Origin: a virus
Lineage: Duplodnaviria > Caudoviricetes
DNA: 25,478 nt
Reading direction: 5' to 3' (one strand)
IMG/VR virus record: IMGVR_UViG_3300033512_000114
Coordinates: 1 to 25,478 of that record
The number at the start of each line of letters is the position of its first letter. Within the stretch, counting starts at the first letter, position 1. This document shows, piece after piece, positions 1-10,105 of this stretch. The translations under genes and the position numbers were made by a program. Under the pieces are notes generated by a model that worked only from the letters and a program-made list of their open reading frames with translations, ran no database searches and had not been told where the DNA came from.

Positions 1-576
1 ACCAAAATTATAAGTAAATACCCAACTACAATTAGAACCTCCTCCAAATATTGTTGAATTTTTAACTGTTCCTGCAAATCCTCCAGTATTTAAACCAAAT
101 CCTGTATTTGAAAAATTAGGTAAATATGCTTTTATATTATCAAAATCACCACCGTAACGGGAAATACATCTTCCATTCGCAGTTGCTTGATTATAAATAG
201 AAACATCTTTCACATTAGAAGGACAATCGAATAAACCTATGCCAAGTCCTATATCTCCAAAAGTTATACTTCCTGTTCCATAAATATATAATGTAGAACT
301 ACCTATAAAGTTATAAACCCCACAATTCATTGTGAAGCCATTTAAATTTAATCTTATATTATTTGCTATTACTGTTTGAGCAGACATAGTTATATTAGAT
401 ACTGCAATTAAATTATAATAACCTGCTGTTTGTGCTTCTTTAATATCTACAAACATTGCATTACTTCCACCTATTGTTGCGTATGCCCTATCAAGTAATA
501 TACTTGAATCAAAACCCCAAGTATTTAATTTAGGAATTAATTTATTTCCATTTGGATAAAATCTTGAGCCACCCAT
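1..576 (-). CDS. Partial (runs off window) putative tail spike/fibre protein, possibly beta-helical
   Basis: Not in the ORF track. ATG at 576-574 preceded by AGAAAGGAGG. The frame is open to position 1 (MGGSRFYPNGNKLIPKLNTWGF...NIRLNLNGFTMNCG...), is G/N/T/I-rich and lies downstream of virion genes. Confidence 0.6.
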   Translation of the reverse strand, partial: MGGSRFYPNGNKLIPKLNTWGFDSSILLDRAYATIGGSNAMFVDIKEAQTAGYYNLIAVSNITMSAQTVIANNIRLNLNGFTMNCGVYNFIGSSTLYIYGTGSITFGDIGLGIGLFDCPSNVKDVSIYNQATANGRCISRYGGDFDNIKAYLPNFSNTGFGLNTGGFAGTVKNSTIFGGGSNCSWVFTYNFG

Positions 577-590
577 AAAACCTCCTTTCT

Positions 591-1289
591 TTAATTAAAA
601 AATGTTACACTTACACTTTGACTAACTACTGTTGCATATACCCATAACATATTTGTATTAGCTATTTCTAATTTAATATTATCAGTAGGAAATAGTAATA
701 TACCTTTTTCAGCAGTAACAGTATTATCAAAACCTATCCACAATTTACCTGTATTAGTTGATGCACTTTGTATAATTACATATTTACATACATTACTAAC
801 ATTACTTATTTGAACTGCTGATAAACCAATACTTGTATTTTGTATTAATCCCATTGTTGTTGGAATAGCTTGTGATAATGAACCTGTTACATTTAATGTT
901 CCATTTAATTTTGTCCATATAGCACTTATCCAACCTCTTATTCCAATACCACCTGTTGGCATTGCAGTAGGTGTTGTTATATCTACACCATCTTTTGCTA
1001 AACCTGTTTCTAAATTACTCACACTAACTGAACCTCCAACAGTAGCATTTACACTTCCATCTGCATTAACTGCAAGTATATATGTTCCATTACCAATTTT
1101 AATACTTGATGGTAAACTTCCATTATGATATAATATTGGTTCTTTTATATTTAATAATGTTAATTCAGTAAGTATGTCAGTAAGAGTTGTTGTTGCACCT
1201 GTTGCACCACTTGTTCCTGTTGCAAGTGTTAATAATTCAATTATTTTATGATATCTTGGGTCAAATCCATCAAAACCTTTTAAATTCAT
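591..1289 (-). CDS. Putative virion structural protein (head fibre/decoration-like)
   Basis: 232 aa, T/G/S-rich with a C-terminal beta-rich domain (VIIQS...LWIG...GILL...LWVY). Located directly after the capsid module; function is inferred. Confidence 0.5.
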   Translation of the reverse strand: MNLKGFDGFDPRYHKIIELLTLATGTSGATGATTTLTDILTELTLLNIKEPILYHNGSLPSSIKIGNGTYILAVNADGSVNATVGGSVSVSNLETGLAKDGVDITTPTAMPTGGIGIRGWISAIWTKLNGTLNVTGSLSQAIPTTMGLIQNTSIGLSAVQISNVSNVCKYVIIQSASTNTGKLWIGFDNTVTAEKGILLFPTDNIKLEIANTNMLWVYATVVSQSVSVTFFN

Positions 1290-1315
1290 ATCTTTTATAT
1301 TTTTAATATTTATAT

Positions 1316-1362
1316 AAAAAAAGCTAATAACTATTATAAAAAGTATAATGATTATTAGCTTT
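1316..1362 (-). terminator. Intrinsic terminator after the capsid operon
   Basis: Inverted repeat AAAGCTAATAA (1320-1330) / TTATTAGCTTT (1352-1362) with an inner ATTATA/TATAAT pair. It ends in a U run on the minus strand, just after the stop of 1370..2497. Confidence 0.8.
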
Positions 1363-1369
1363 ATGTTAA

Positions 1370-2497
1370 TTAAACAATATCGTTAGCAGGTTCTACTGCA
1401 ACTGCATCTGTATATAAACCATAACCAAATACTTTCGGTAATAAAACATCTAAGATAGTAGTACTATTATTAGAGTTACTAATAGTCCAAGCACCTGTTG
1501 GTACACCTCCTGCAAGAGTTCCTTCAAATCCAATTTTTATATTTGGTTTACTTGAAACCATTTTAATAATTTCGCCTATACCTGTTGGTAAATCTTCTCG
1601 CCATAAAGTTAATACATTATAACCGCAACCATCACCTATGTTAATATCTGAAGGTAAATTCCATGTATTCCACATACTTGATGTTACTTTGTCTGTATAA
1701 CCTTTTTCAACTAATGCCCATCTTTCAATTTCTTTCATTTGAATAGGACGACCACAACCAAGAATCATATCTTTAGCAACAGTACTTGCACTATTATATG
1801 TAGTTAATATATCTGAATATTCAAGTACACCTGATACAGTAACAACAAATTGGTCTGTCCAATCACAAGCTGTTAATACTAAACCTGTTTCTGTACCTAC
1901 ACCTCCGATTGCCGATGCTACTGCAAATGATAAATTTCTATTATTTATACTTAATACTAATTTTTGAATTATATACGATTTTTGTTGAGTTGCTGTACCT
2001 GCTGCTATATAAGAAGGTATAACCACTTCATGTATATCTACTTTAGTATTTATCATATCTAAAGCATTTAATCGTTTTAATTCAACTACTGCCGAATAAC
2101 CTGTTGAATTATTACCTGTTGGAATTAATGGTGATGGAAGATTTAATGCACCAATTGTACCATCATATCCAATTACAACAACTTGTTTTTTAGGTGCACC
2201 ATAAATTTGATATTCTACTTTAGTACCTACTCTTTCAAATTCTTTTCCGATATCAACTCGTTTTCCAAAACCTCTACCCATTACAAATTTTACTTTCTTA
2301 ACGTCTTTTAAAATTAATAATGTAGTACCATCAACTAATAATTCATTTCTATCGTTGAACATTGCAATACTTCCTTCCATTAAACTTAAAGCAGGAGTAC
2401 TACCATCTATTGCCATTAATTTCGTACCTTCTGCAAATGCACCACTATTATCTGCTTTTCTTGCATAAGAAAATTTACTTATATGTAATTCTTTCAT
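1370..2497 (-). CDS. Putative auxiliary capsid (decoration) protein
   Basis: 375 aa. Occupies the position of the crAss-like auxiliary capsid gene (MCP - unknown - ring - auxiliary capsid) and is followed by a terminator. The C-terminal G.G.P.Q...IE......GY...YNVLTL pattern is consistent with this. Confidence 0.55.
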   Translation of the reverse strand: MKELHISKFSYARKADNSGAFAEGTKLMAIDGSTPALSLMEGSIAMFNDRNELLVDGTTLLILKDVKKVKFVMGRGFGKRVDIGKEFERVGTKVEYQIYGAPKKQVVVIGYDGTIGALNLPSPLIPTGNNSTGYSAVVELKRLNALDMINTKVDIHEVVIPSYIAAGTATQQKSYIIQKLVLSINNRNLSFAVASAIGGVGTETGLVLTACDWTDQFVVTVSGVLEYSDILTTYNSASTVAKDMILGCGRPIQMKEIERWALVEKGYTDKVTSSMWNTWNLPSDINIGDGCGYNVLTLWREDLPTGIGEIIKMVSSKPNIKIGFEGTLAGGVPTGAWTISNSNNSTTILDVLLPKVFGYGLYTDAVAVEPANDIV

Positions 2498-2513
2498 TTT
2501 TTAATATATTTAA

Positions 2514-3683
2514 TTATTTAACTACTTTACTTATTTGTTCATTCTTAAGTGCAGTATAATTTTCATTACTTACACTTGCATTTAAACTATTAACCGCTTC
2601 ACGCACTATTTGTTCATGCACAATTTCATCTAAATCACAATCTATATTAGCTGATACTGAAACTTCATTTGGTTTCTTTATGTATTTAACAGTTATGCTA
2701 TTTATATCAAATCTTTCATTCAATTTAACATTACTTAAATTCTTATTATGAAATACAACAACATTATTATTCTCTAATATAACTAATGGAGAACTTATCA
2801 TTGCACCTCTACTGTGATTTAAATGTTGTTCTATAAAATCAGATTTAACTAATCTATTTGCAACTGTTTTTACATTATTAATATTTCCGCAATTATATGA
2901 TATTTCACTCGTACTACTAATGTATTTAAAATATATTGCATTATCAGTTTGTTCTTCTAATATTGAATAACCTGACCATTGAGTAGTGTATTCTTGGTAT
3001 ATTACAAAAGTATCTTCGGCAGTTGCAACTAAATTTGTAGTTCTATTTTGTAACCCCCCTGTAAGATAATAAGATTTACCATTTAGAATTACTTTATTTG
3101 CATAACCTATTGGAAAAGTAACTGTTCCCTTTAATACAATATAATTAACACCTGCATATAAATTACTACCATTTGTAGTATACGCATTTAAACCATAACG
3201 TAATACTGTACCACCTGTTCCACTATACATTGTAGGTTGCACACTTGAAACAAATTTTGCAATAAATATTTCACCTGCTATATTTTCAGTAGCACCAATT
3301 GAAGTAAAATTATCAGAACCGTATTTAGTAACAATTCTATATTTAAACCCTGATTTTATATTAGGTTTGCATACAAATCTACTACCACTAATATCATTTA
3401 AATCACTTAAATTAGCATAACGACTATTTTGGTAAAATTCATAATTAGCAGGATTATGAAATGTCTTATTACGAATTAAACTTTGTATGCCTTCATAATA
3501 ATTACGAATTTCATAATCATCTCTATTATTATCAGCAGGGTCATAACATTTAGACCTTACAAATTCTGTTATTGTGGTATTTAAAATATCGCACCACTCT
3601 TCATCACCTATACTATTATAAACATTGCTATTTACCTTATGTAAAAGTAATCTTGCTTTTATAACCATTTCATAAATTGTCAT
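2514..3683 (-). CDS. Putative tail ring (head-tail connector) protein with a central insertion
   Basis: N-terminus MTIYEM...DEEWCDILN and C-terminus YIKKP...CDLDEIVHEQIVREAV resemble crAss-like ring/tail-tubular proteins; synteny agrees. Confidence 0.65.
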   Translation of the reverse strand: MTIYEMVIKARLLLHKVNSNVYNSIGDEEWCDILNTTITEFVRSKCYDPADNNRDDYEIRNYYEGIQSLIRNKTFHNPANYEFYQNSRYANLSDLNDISGSRFVCKPNIKSGFKYRIVTKYGSDNFTSIGATENIAGEIFIAKFVSSVQPTMYSGTGGTVLRYGLNAYTTNGSNLYAGVNYIVLKGTVTFPIGYANKVILNGKSYYLTGGLQNRTTNLVATAEDTFVIYQEYTTQWSGYSILEEQTDNAIYFKYISSTSEISYNCGNINNVKTVANRLVKSDFIEQHLNHSRGAMISSPLVILENNNVVVFHNKNLSNVKLNERFDINSITVKYIKKPNEVSVSANIDCDLDEIVHEQIVREAVNSLNASVSNENYTALKNEQISKVVK

Positions 3684-3697
3684 GCTAATTATCTCCC

Positions 3698-4795
3698 TTA
3701 AATCTTTTTAACTTCTTTAACGTTTTCTGTAACATCTCTTAATTTATCAGAGTCATTTACTTTTTCGGGTTTTTTTGTATTGCTTAATCTATTTACTATT
3801 GATGTATATAATCTATTATCTGTTTTTAGTTTATTTACTAATATAACAAAAGATTCAGCTATTACTTCTTCTCCAAATGTATATACAGTTGTACCATTTT
3901 CATTTACAATAACACCTTTAGTTATAGCTTTTCTTGCCATTGTTTTATGAACTAAATCAGGTTCATTAATTATATTTATAAAAGATGTAGGTAATTCTTC
4001 TGCAATTTTCATAAAAGTATCAACTTTATCAACTTGTATTAAATCATCATAAGCAAATAACTTACTGAATTTAATATGTGAATGATTATTATAACTACCA
4101 CCATTTTCAAATATCCTTAATACACTTTCAATCATTTTATCATCTGATAAGTATTTTAACATAGTACTTAATGCTTCTCTTTTTAAAGCAACTGATGCAG
4201 TTTTAGTTTTTACTTCTTCTACTTCATTATGAATATAAAAAGCAATATTTTTAGCTCCTCTATGTTTTTCGGCTATTTCTCTTGTATTAGCTACTTGCGA
4301 ACTATTTAAACAAAATCTCCATTTCCAATAATCTTGTATATTAGTAGGTATTCCAAAAAGATATTCTAATTCAGGTTTATCTTTTGTATATGATAAAAAT
4401 GTTTCTTCTGTTATTGTTATTTTATTACCACTTGGTAAAATTACTTCTTTACCTAAATTAATATTAAAAGTAACATTTAATTCTAAACCTAAATTCGGGT
4501 CTACTTCAATTAACACATCTTTCCAAAACTCATTACACAATATTGGAAAATTAATATCAGTTTTTGATTTATTTAATACCATTTCCATAAAAATATCATT
4601 ATCTAAACCATAATTAAATGCTTGTAATTGTTGTCCTGTTTTTGTTATTCTTCCTGTAATTCTTCCTTTTCTATTTTCACCAATCATGTGATAATTGCCA
4701 TTCTTATCTGCCATGTTTTCATTACGTAATTTAAAAGAGTTAGTTGTTGCTAACTCTCTTATTAAAACCCGTCTTTCAATTATATTACTTGCCAT
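3698..4795 (-). CDS. Conserved crAss-like protein encoded immediately downstream of the major capsid gene
   Basis: 365 aa with P.NIQDYWKWRFCL.SSQVA and FYI.NE motifs; call rests mainly on synteny. Confidence 0.55.
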   Translation of the reverse strand: MASNIIERRVLIRELATTNSFKLRNENMADKNGNYHMIGENRKGRITGRITKTGQQLQAFNYGLDNDIFMEMVLNKSKTDINFPILCNEFWKDVLIEVDPNLGLELNVTFNINLGKEVILPSGNKITITEETFLSYTKDKPELEYLFGIPTNIQDYWKWRFCLNSSQVANTREIAEKHRGAKNIAFYIHNEVEEVKTKTASVALKREALSTMLKYLSDDKMIESVLRIFENGGSYNNHSHIKFSKLFAYDDLIQVDKVDTFMKIAEELPTSFINIINEPDLVHKTMARKAITKGVIVNENGTTVYTFGEEVIAESFVILVNKLKTDNRLYTSIVNRLSNTKKPEKVNDSDKLRDVTENVKEVKKI

Positions 4796-4873
4796 TTTAA
4801 ATTTTATTTATAATTATTAATGTTTAATTTATTTGAAATCTAATTTATTCGTTTTTTATTTACTATTTTGTTC

Positions 4874-6367
4874 TTATTCGTCAAAAGCTGAATAATGATA
4901 AAATGTATTAGTTGTATCTCGTATGTTTACTCCAATTGAACGTCTAACATGAATTGATGCTTCATTACGTTCTGTTGCTAAATTTATCATACTCATATTA
5001 CCTGTATTACTTGCTCCCCAACTTGTAGGTATATTAGTTAAACCACGATAAATACCTGTAACTCTACTTTCGCCTTTTTCACATAACATTTGAATATTAG
5101 GGTCATTATTATCATCAACGCCTTGACCTAAATAGAAACAACTATGTGAACTAATTGGTTTACCTGTTCTTGGGTGTCTTATTTGACCACTTTCGCCTGC
5201 ATCATCTAAATAAGGTAAGTGAATTAATGTAACTTTACCACCATCTCTTGTAGTATATTGAACGAAATTTGTATTATCATAATTTAAACCTGAACTTGTT
5301 TTAACTATACGAGCCGCACCTTCTGCAACAACATAACCATTATTTTTACTTGCGGTTTCTAATGCTCTACTAAAATCTTGCATATACATTTTACCTGCGT
5401 ATCCAATTAAATCTACTGATTTAGAATTACCATAATTTAAATCACCTACTGTTTTTTCCCAATAAGCTAATGTAAAATCTATACCATAACTTGAATCATT
5501 ACCTTCGGCTAAAATCATTTGTTTTATTGAAGCACCTGTTGGTACAGGTTCACCACCTGAACGTCTATCGGTTAATCTTATTACACCATTTTCATCACGA
5601 TTGTATTCACTTTCTTCAAATAAGAATCTTTCTGTAATAAATTCATCTTGTGCAATAGAAGTCCAATAATCATAATCAACCCATTGAGTTGTTGTACCAC
5701 CATTAGCAAGAGGAAATTCAAAAGTTACTACTTTCTTTTGTGAAATGTTACCTGTGATTCTGTACGTGTGTCGTAATTTACTAATTTGATTAGTTCGTTT
5801 ATAAGGTGTTTGACTATTGGTTTCAGTACCAACATCTAATCTATCAGGTACAGCATAAACTGATTGTCTTATTAAATTACCTGCTTTAAGATTACTTAAA
5901 GAGCAAAATGCACTTTTATCAGCTATTGAATACGGTCTAACTTTATAAACCCAATATGTTCCTTTATCTTCGGGTGCGTCATCTATTCTACCAATATATT
6001 TATCTCTAAATACAATAAAATGACCTTCTTTTAAAAAGTTAGTTTTCATGTGTACGATAAACGGTTCTAAATTCTTTCCGGGTTTATCTCCTGTTGTATA
6101 TGGTGAACCAATAACTACATCATGTTCTTTAATTGCACCCATTACTGCCCAAGTATATTGACCATCACCTGTAAGTTCTTTAGGTGTTCTAAAACCTGCT
6201 TGACCACCATTAAGCCACATAAATGGACTTCTATCTCGTATTGTTCTATTTAATAACGTCATCTTTTGACTTAATACATCTCCTGTTATTAAACCCGATG
6301 CAGTTAAATCATTTACTGATGAAAAACCTTCGGTATTGTAATACTCTTGTCCTACTTTTATTTGCAT
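4874..6367 (-). CDS. Major capsid protein
   Basis: 497 aa, after portal and scaffold-like genes. Motifs YTWAVMG, RTNQISKLRHTYRITG, VPTGASIKQMI and GGKVTLIHLPYLD are typical of crAss-like capsid proteins. Confidence 0.85.
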   Translation of the reverse strand: MQIKVGQEYYNTEGFSSVNDLTASGLITGDVLSQKMTLLNRTIRDRSPFMWLNGGQAGFRTPKELTGDGQYTWAVMGAIKEHDVVIGSPYTTGDKPGKNLEPFIVHMKTNFLKEGHFIVFRDKYIGRIDDAPEDKGTYWVYKVRPYSIADKSAFCSLSNLKAGNLIRQSVYAVPDRLDVGTETNSQTPYKRTNQISKLRHTYRITGNISQKKVVTFEFPLANGGTTTQWVDYDYWTSIAQDEFITERFLFEESEYNRDENGVIRLTDRRSGGEPVPTGASIKQMILAEGNDSSYGIDFTLAYWEKTVGDLNYGNSKSVDLIGYAGKMYMQDFSRALETASKNNGYVVAEGAARIVKTSSGLNYDNTNFVQYTTRDGGKVTLIHLPYLDDAGESGQIRHPRTGKPISSHSCFYLGQGVDDNNDPNIQMLCEKGESRVTGIYRGLTNIPTSWGASNTGNMSMINLATERNEASIHVRRSIGVNIRDTTNTFYHYSAFDE

Positions 6368-6391
6368 ACTACTTAATTATTAATTGTTAAT

Positions 6392-7597
6392 TTATTTATT
6401 ATATTCAATGTTTGATGCGTTGAAATCTATTACTGATAATTCTTTTTTATTATCATTTTTATTTTCTTTTGCTTTATTATTATCAGTTGGATTTGCTCTA
6501 AGATTTTTTAATCTATTCACTTCTTCTGCTTTTACTTTTTGGTTTATTAATTTATCCATACCACCAAATACTGCAAAGTATGTATTAAATAATTCACCAT
6601 CAACTCCGTATTGTAATTTTGCAACATCTGCAACACTAAGTAATTTTTTATTTGCTGCTTTATTAGGTGGTATTGGGTTACGATTTAAATCATAATAACA
6701 TTTATTTTCTTTATCATAAAAGGCATTTGTTATTGCTGATTTTAAAATAACTCTATCCTTTTCAGGTATCATAAATGTTTTATCACCTATTACCAATATA
6801 CCTTTATCCAATTTATTATGTAATTCTGTAATTTTAAGTTGTTCTTGTTCCGCTTGTTTTTTAAATAATTCAGTTTGTTCTTGTTCTAATTTTGCTTGTT
6901 CTCTTTTTTGTTCTGCAATTAATTTAGTTTTTATTTCGGTAGCTTTTGTAAATCCATTTCCTTTATCAATAATAATATCTGCAACCTCACTTGCTTCAGT
7001 TACACTCATATTATTTAATTTTGTATAACCATCTATTATTAATTGTTTTTGGGAACTTATATTTGTTTTATCAATAACTAATGTTTCATAATTTTCTTTA
7101 CGAACATCAAAGAATTTATCAACACTACCACCGTTACTTATATACATTGCATAATCTCTAACTGTTTGTGGTAAACTATCCCAATAGTTATTAATGGCTC
7201 TATCTCTTTGTATAATTGATAAGGTTTTAACTGTATTAACAAATGTCCCATCTTCAGTAAAACCTTTATCTAACAAACCATCAAATAATTTTAATTCTTC
7301 AGATTGTAATTCAATACCTAAATCTTTTGTAACCAATCCTATTGCCCAAGTTACATCACTTGTTTGTTCATCACTTATTTGTTTATTTTCACCTTCTTGT
7401 TTTTCACCTTCTTGCTTTTCACTTTCTTGTTTTTCAGTATTTTTATTTTCATTATTACCTTCTTGTTTATTTTCAGGTAATGTTACTTCTTTTTCAGGTA
7501 ACTTTATTTCCTTTTCCGTTGTTTTTTCACTTCCATTTGTATTTGGTAATTCTAACTTACCACTATCACCATCATCAAATATTTCAAAATTTTCCAT
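6392..7597 (-). CDS. Putative capsid scaffold-like protein
   Basis: 401 aa with an acidic low-complexity N-terminus (QESEKQEGEKQEGENK) and a coiled-coil middle, between portal and MCP. Confidence 0.6.
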   Translation of the reverse strand: MENFEIFDDGDSGKLELPNTNGSEKTTEKEIKLPEKEVTLPENKQEGNNENKNTEKQESEKQEGEKQEGENKQISDEQTSDVTWAIGLVTKDLGIELQSEELKLFDGLLDKGFTEDGTFVNTVKTLSIIQRDRAINNYWDSLPQTVRDYAMYISNGGSVDKFFDVRKENYETLVIDKTNISSQKQLIIDGYTKLNNMSVTEASEVADIIIDKGNGFTKATEIKTKLIAEQKREQAKLEQEQTELFKKQAEQEQLKITELHNKLDKGILVIGDKTFMIPEKDRVILKSAITNAFYDKENKCYYDLNRNPIPPNKAANKKLLSVADVAKLQYGVDGELFNTYFAVFGGMDKLINQKVKAEEVNRLKNLRANPTDNNKAKENKNDNKKELSVIDFNASNIEYNK

Positions 7598-7620
7598 ATA
7601 TTACATTCTTTTAAAATTTA

Positions 7621-10104
7621 TTATTTAGTCCCTTTTGTTAATTTATTTATTTTCAACATTTCAATCTTTTTCTTTTGTTGTAACTCTTGTTGTTTTAAAT
7701 TAAGAGTAGCGTTATTATTTGCTTCAGTTATATTTAATGCTCTATTTTTTAAGTTTATATTATCTAATTCATTATTTGCATAATCTTCTGTACCTAAACC
7801 CATACGTTTAGTTTCTTCTTGCATTTGAACTATTAACTCTTGGCTTTTTAATTTAGCATGAAATAATTCTTTTTCTAATGCTGTTTGTTCTTGTATTGTT
7901 TGCTGTTTCATTTGTGTCATCTGTGCTGCTGCATCTTGTTGTGATTTTTGTGCTGCTGCATCTCTTTGATTTTTTATCTCTTCTGCTTTCTTTAAATAAT
8001 CCATAGCTTTATGTGGATTAGTAGTTGCCATTGCACCTACAATAGCTTCAGGGGCTATTCCATTTTGAGCATAAGCACCTAACAATGATTGTATAGCTTT
8101 TAACTTGTCTACTTCATTATCTGAAGTTTGAATACTTACATTAAATGTACTTTCAATATATTGTTCTACATCTAATTCATAAATAGCTCTACTTTCATCT
8201 GATAGTATGTAATTATCTAATTTAGGAAACTTAGTTATTGTTTTTCCTTTTATATAAGCAACTTTAGCATAATCTAAATATGTAAGTAAAAGATTTTGTT
8301 CAATTTTATTAAAAGTAATATTCATATCGGCAGTATGTAAACTACTTCTAAATATGTTTTGTTCGTTATTACCTTTACCTTCACTTGCATAAGTATCACC
8401 CCACCTATTTCTATTTAATCCAATTACGTCCCAAGCATCATCTTTTATTGATTTCTTTAATTCAATAAAATTACTCATTGTTGCAATTGTACTCATATCA
8501 ACTGACTTTAATGTTTGAGCTAATACATTAATTCTGTCATCAGCACCATTAAAGAATATTACATTAAGTACATCTGCATAATACATCATTGTTTCCAACC
8601 TTTGTGAAGCATCATTACCCCATTGAGGAATATCAGGTATTAACTCTATTGGGAACATTAAAGGTTTACCTTTATCTTTTGCAAGAGTTCGTTCTTCCAT
8701 TAAACAAACTAAATTATATTTGTATTGATAATCCTCTAATTCTTTTGGTATACTAACGCCATCACAACGACCTATAATAGGTAACTTACATTCTGCATTA
8801 TTATTCAATTCAGTCCTTTGAACTTTATGAGGTTCTAAACCTAAAAATAAAGAATACTTTTCATCTTCTACTGCACTCTTTATCATTGTAGTATTACAAG
8901 GTACTTTATAACCATGCCAAACTTCATTTGTATAAACCTCTTCTAAAAATAAATCACTATTTAAATTGTTTTGTACTACTTCAAATTTCTTTTCATTTGA
9001 GTAACTATCCCAACTTATTTTAGTAACACCACTTTTATTATTTAATTTATACTCCTCACTAACTTCCATTTCAAGTATTTCACCGAACTCACTTATATAA
9101 GTTAATATTTGATATTTTTTTAGTGCTTTAAAAGCAACATAAAAAACTTCAATATTACCTGTTGTATATGCAGTATGATAATTATTACCAATCTTATTTA
9201 TGTAATCATCTTTTGTAAAAGTTTCGCCATCTAATATTCTAAAGTTTAAATTAGCAAGACTTGAATTTATAGAACTATTTTTATCTACAATTAAATCGTT
9301 CAACCATTGATAAGCACTTTTATTATCAATTTTTTTACTTTTTAATTCTAAATTAAAACGACTAACTAAATCATTTAAATTCCAAATCATACGTCTTACT
9401 ACTACAGCACCATCTTCTGCCATTAAACTTTTATTTGAATATTCTACATAAACATTTTCAGGTCGTTCTACATAAAACTTAACTTCATCTTTAACTAAAT
9501 CAGGGAATATATATGCGTGTCCTGTAATTAACCAATCTTTTTTATATGCTTGATAAAGTGTGTCTTGTATACTTAAAACATCTTTTGCATACTCTAATAA
9601 CTCTTCACCTGCTATTGCCCTTGAGTCTTTATATCCTCTTTTATAGCTTGATTCTATTTGAGATATTTCAGGTATTGGTTTAGTAGGAATCCCTGTTTCA
9701 ACACCCATTTCATTTAATCCATTTATAAAACCTTGTTGATTTCGTAATATAATTTTTTCAGCTAATCCATCTAAATACTTTGAATGAGCATCACTATTAC
9801 TTACCTTAACATAATAATTAAATGGTGATTTACTTTTTTCACCAATTAATAATCTTATAATAGGTTTTATTAAAGGCATACTACGAACATCACCTCTAAA
9901 GTTTTCTAATCGTTTGTCGCTATATTGTTTTAATATCTTATCGTAATCTTTCTCAATAACTAAATTTTCAGCAAGTCTTCTTTCAACTGAATAATCTTTA
10001 AAAGAAGCACTGCTTATGTAATAATCAATAAACTGTTTTATTATTTTAAAATCATCTGCTATCTTTTCAGCATTTGAAGTTAAAAGATTTGGTAGTATTC
10101 TCAT
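7621..10104 (-). CDS. Portal protein
   Basis: 827 aa directly downstream of TerL. Motifs PLIKPIIRLLIGEK, EVWHGYKV, CKLPIIG, YQYKYN, IGLNRNRWG; Q/A-rich coiled-coil C-terminus. Confidence 0.85.
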   Translation of the reverse strand: MRILPNLLTSNAEKIADDFKIIKQFIDYYISSASFKDYSVERRLAENLVIEKDYDKILKQYSDKRLENFRGDVRSMPLIKPIIRLLIGEKSKSPFNYYVKVSNSDAHSKYLDGLAEKIILRNQQGFINGLNEMGVETGIPTKPIPEISQIESSYKRGYKDSRAIAGEELLEYAKDVLSIQDTLYQAYKKDWLITGHAYIFPDLVKDEVKFYVERPENVYVEYSNKSLMAEDGAVVVRRMIWNLNDLVSRFNLELKSKKIDNKSAYQWLNDLIVDKNSSINSSLANLNFRILDGETFTKDDYINKIGNNYHTAYTTGNIEVFYVAFKALKKYQILTYISEFGEILEMEVSEEYKLNNKSGVTKISWDSYSNEKKFEVVQNNLNSDLFLEEVYTNEVWHGYKVPCNTTMIKSAVEDEKYSLFLGLEPHKVQRTELNNNAECKLPIIGRCDGVSIPKELEDYQYKYNLVCLMEERTLAKDKGKPLMFPIELIPDIPQWGNDASQRLETMMYYADVLNVIFFNGADDRINVLAQTLKSVDMSTIATMSNFIELKKSIKDDAWDVIGLNRNRWGDTYASEGKGNNEQNIFRSSLHTADMNITFNKIEQNLLLTYLDYAKVAYIKGKTITKFPKLDNYILSDESRAIYELDVEQYIESTFNVSIQTSDNEVDKLKAIQSLLGAYAQNGIAPEAIVGAMATTNPHKAMDYLKKAEEIKNQRDAAAQKSQQDAAAQMTQMKQQTIQEQTALEKELFHAKLKSQELIVQMQEETKRMGLGTEDYANNELDNINLKNRALNITEANNNATLNLKQQELQQKKKIEMLKINKLTKGTK

Positions 10105-10105
10105 C

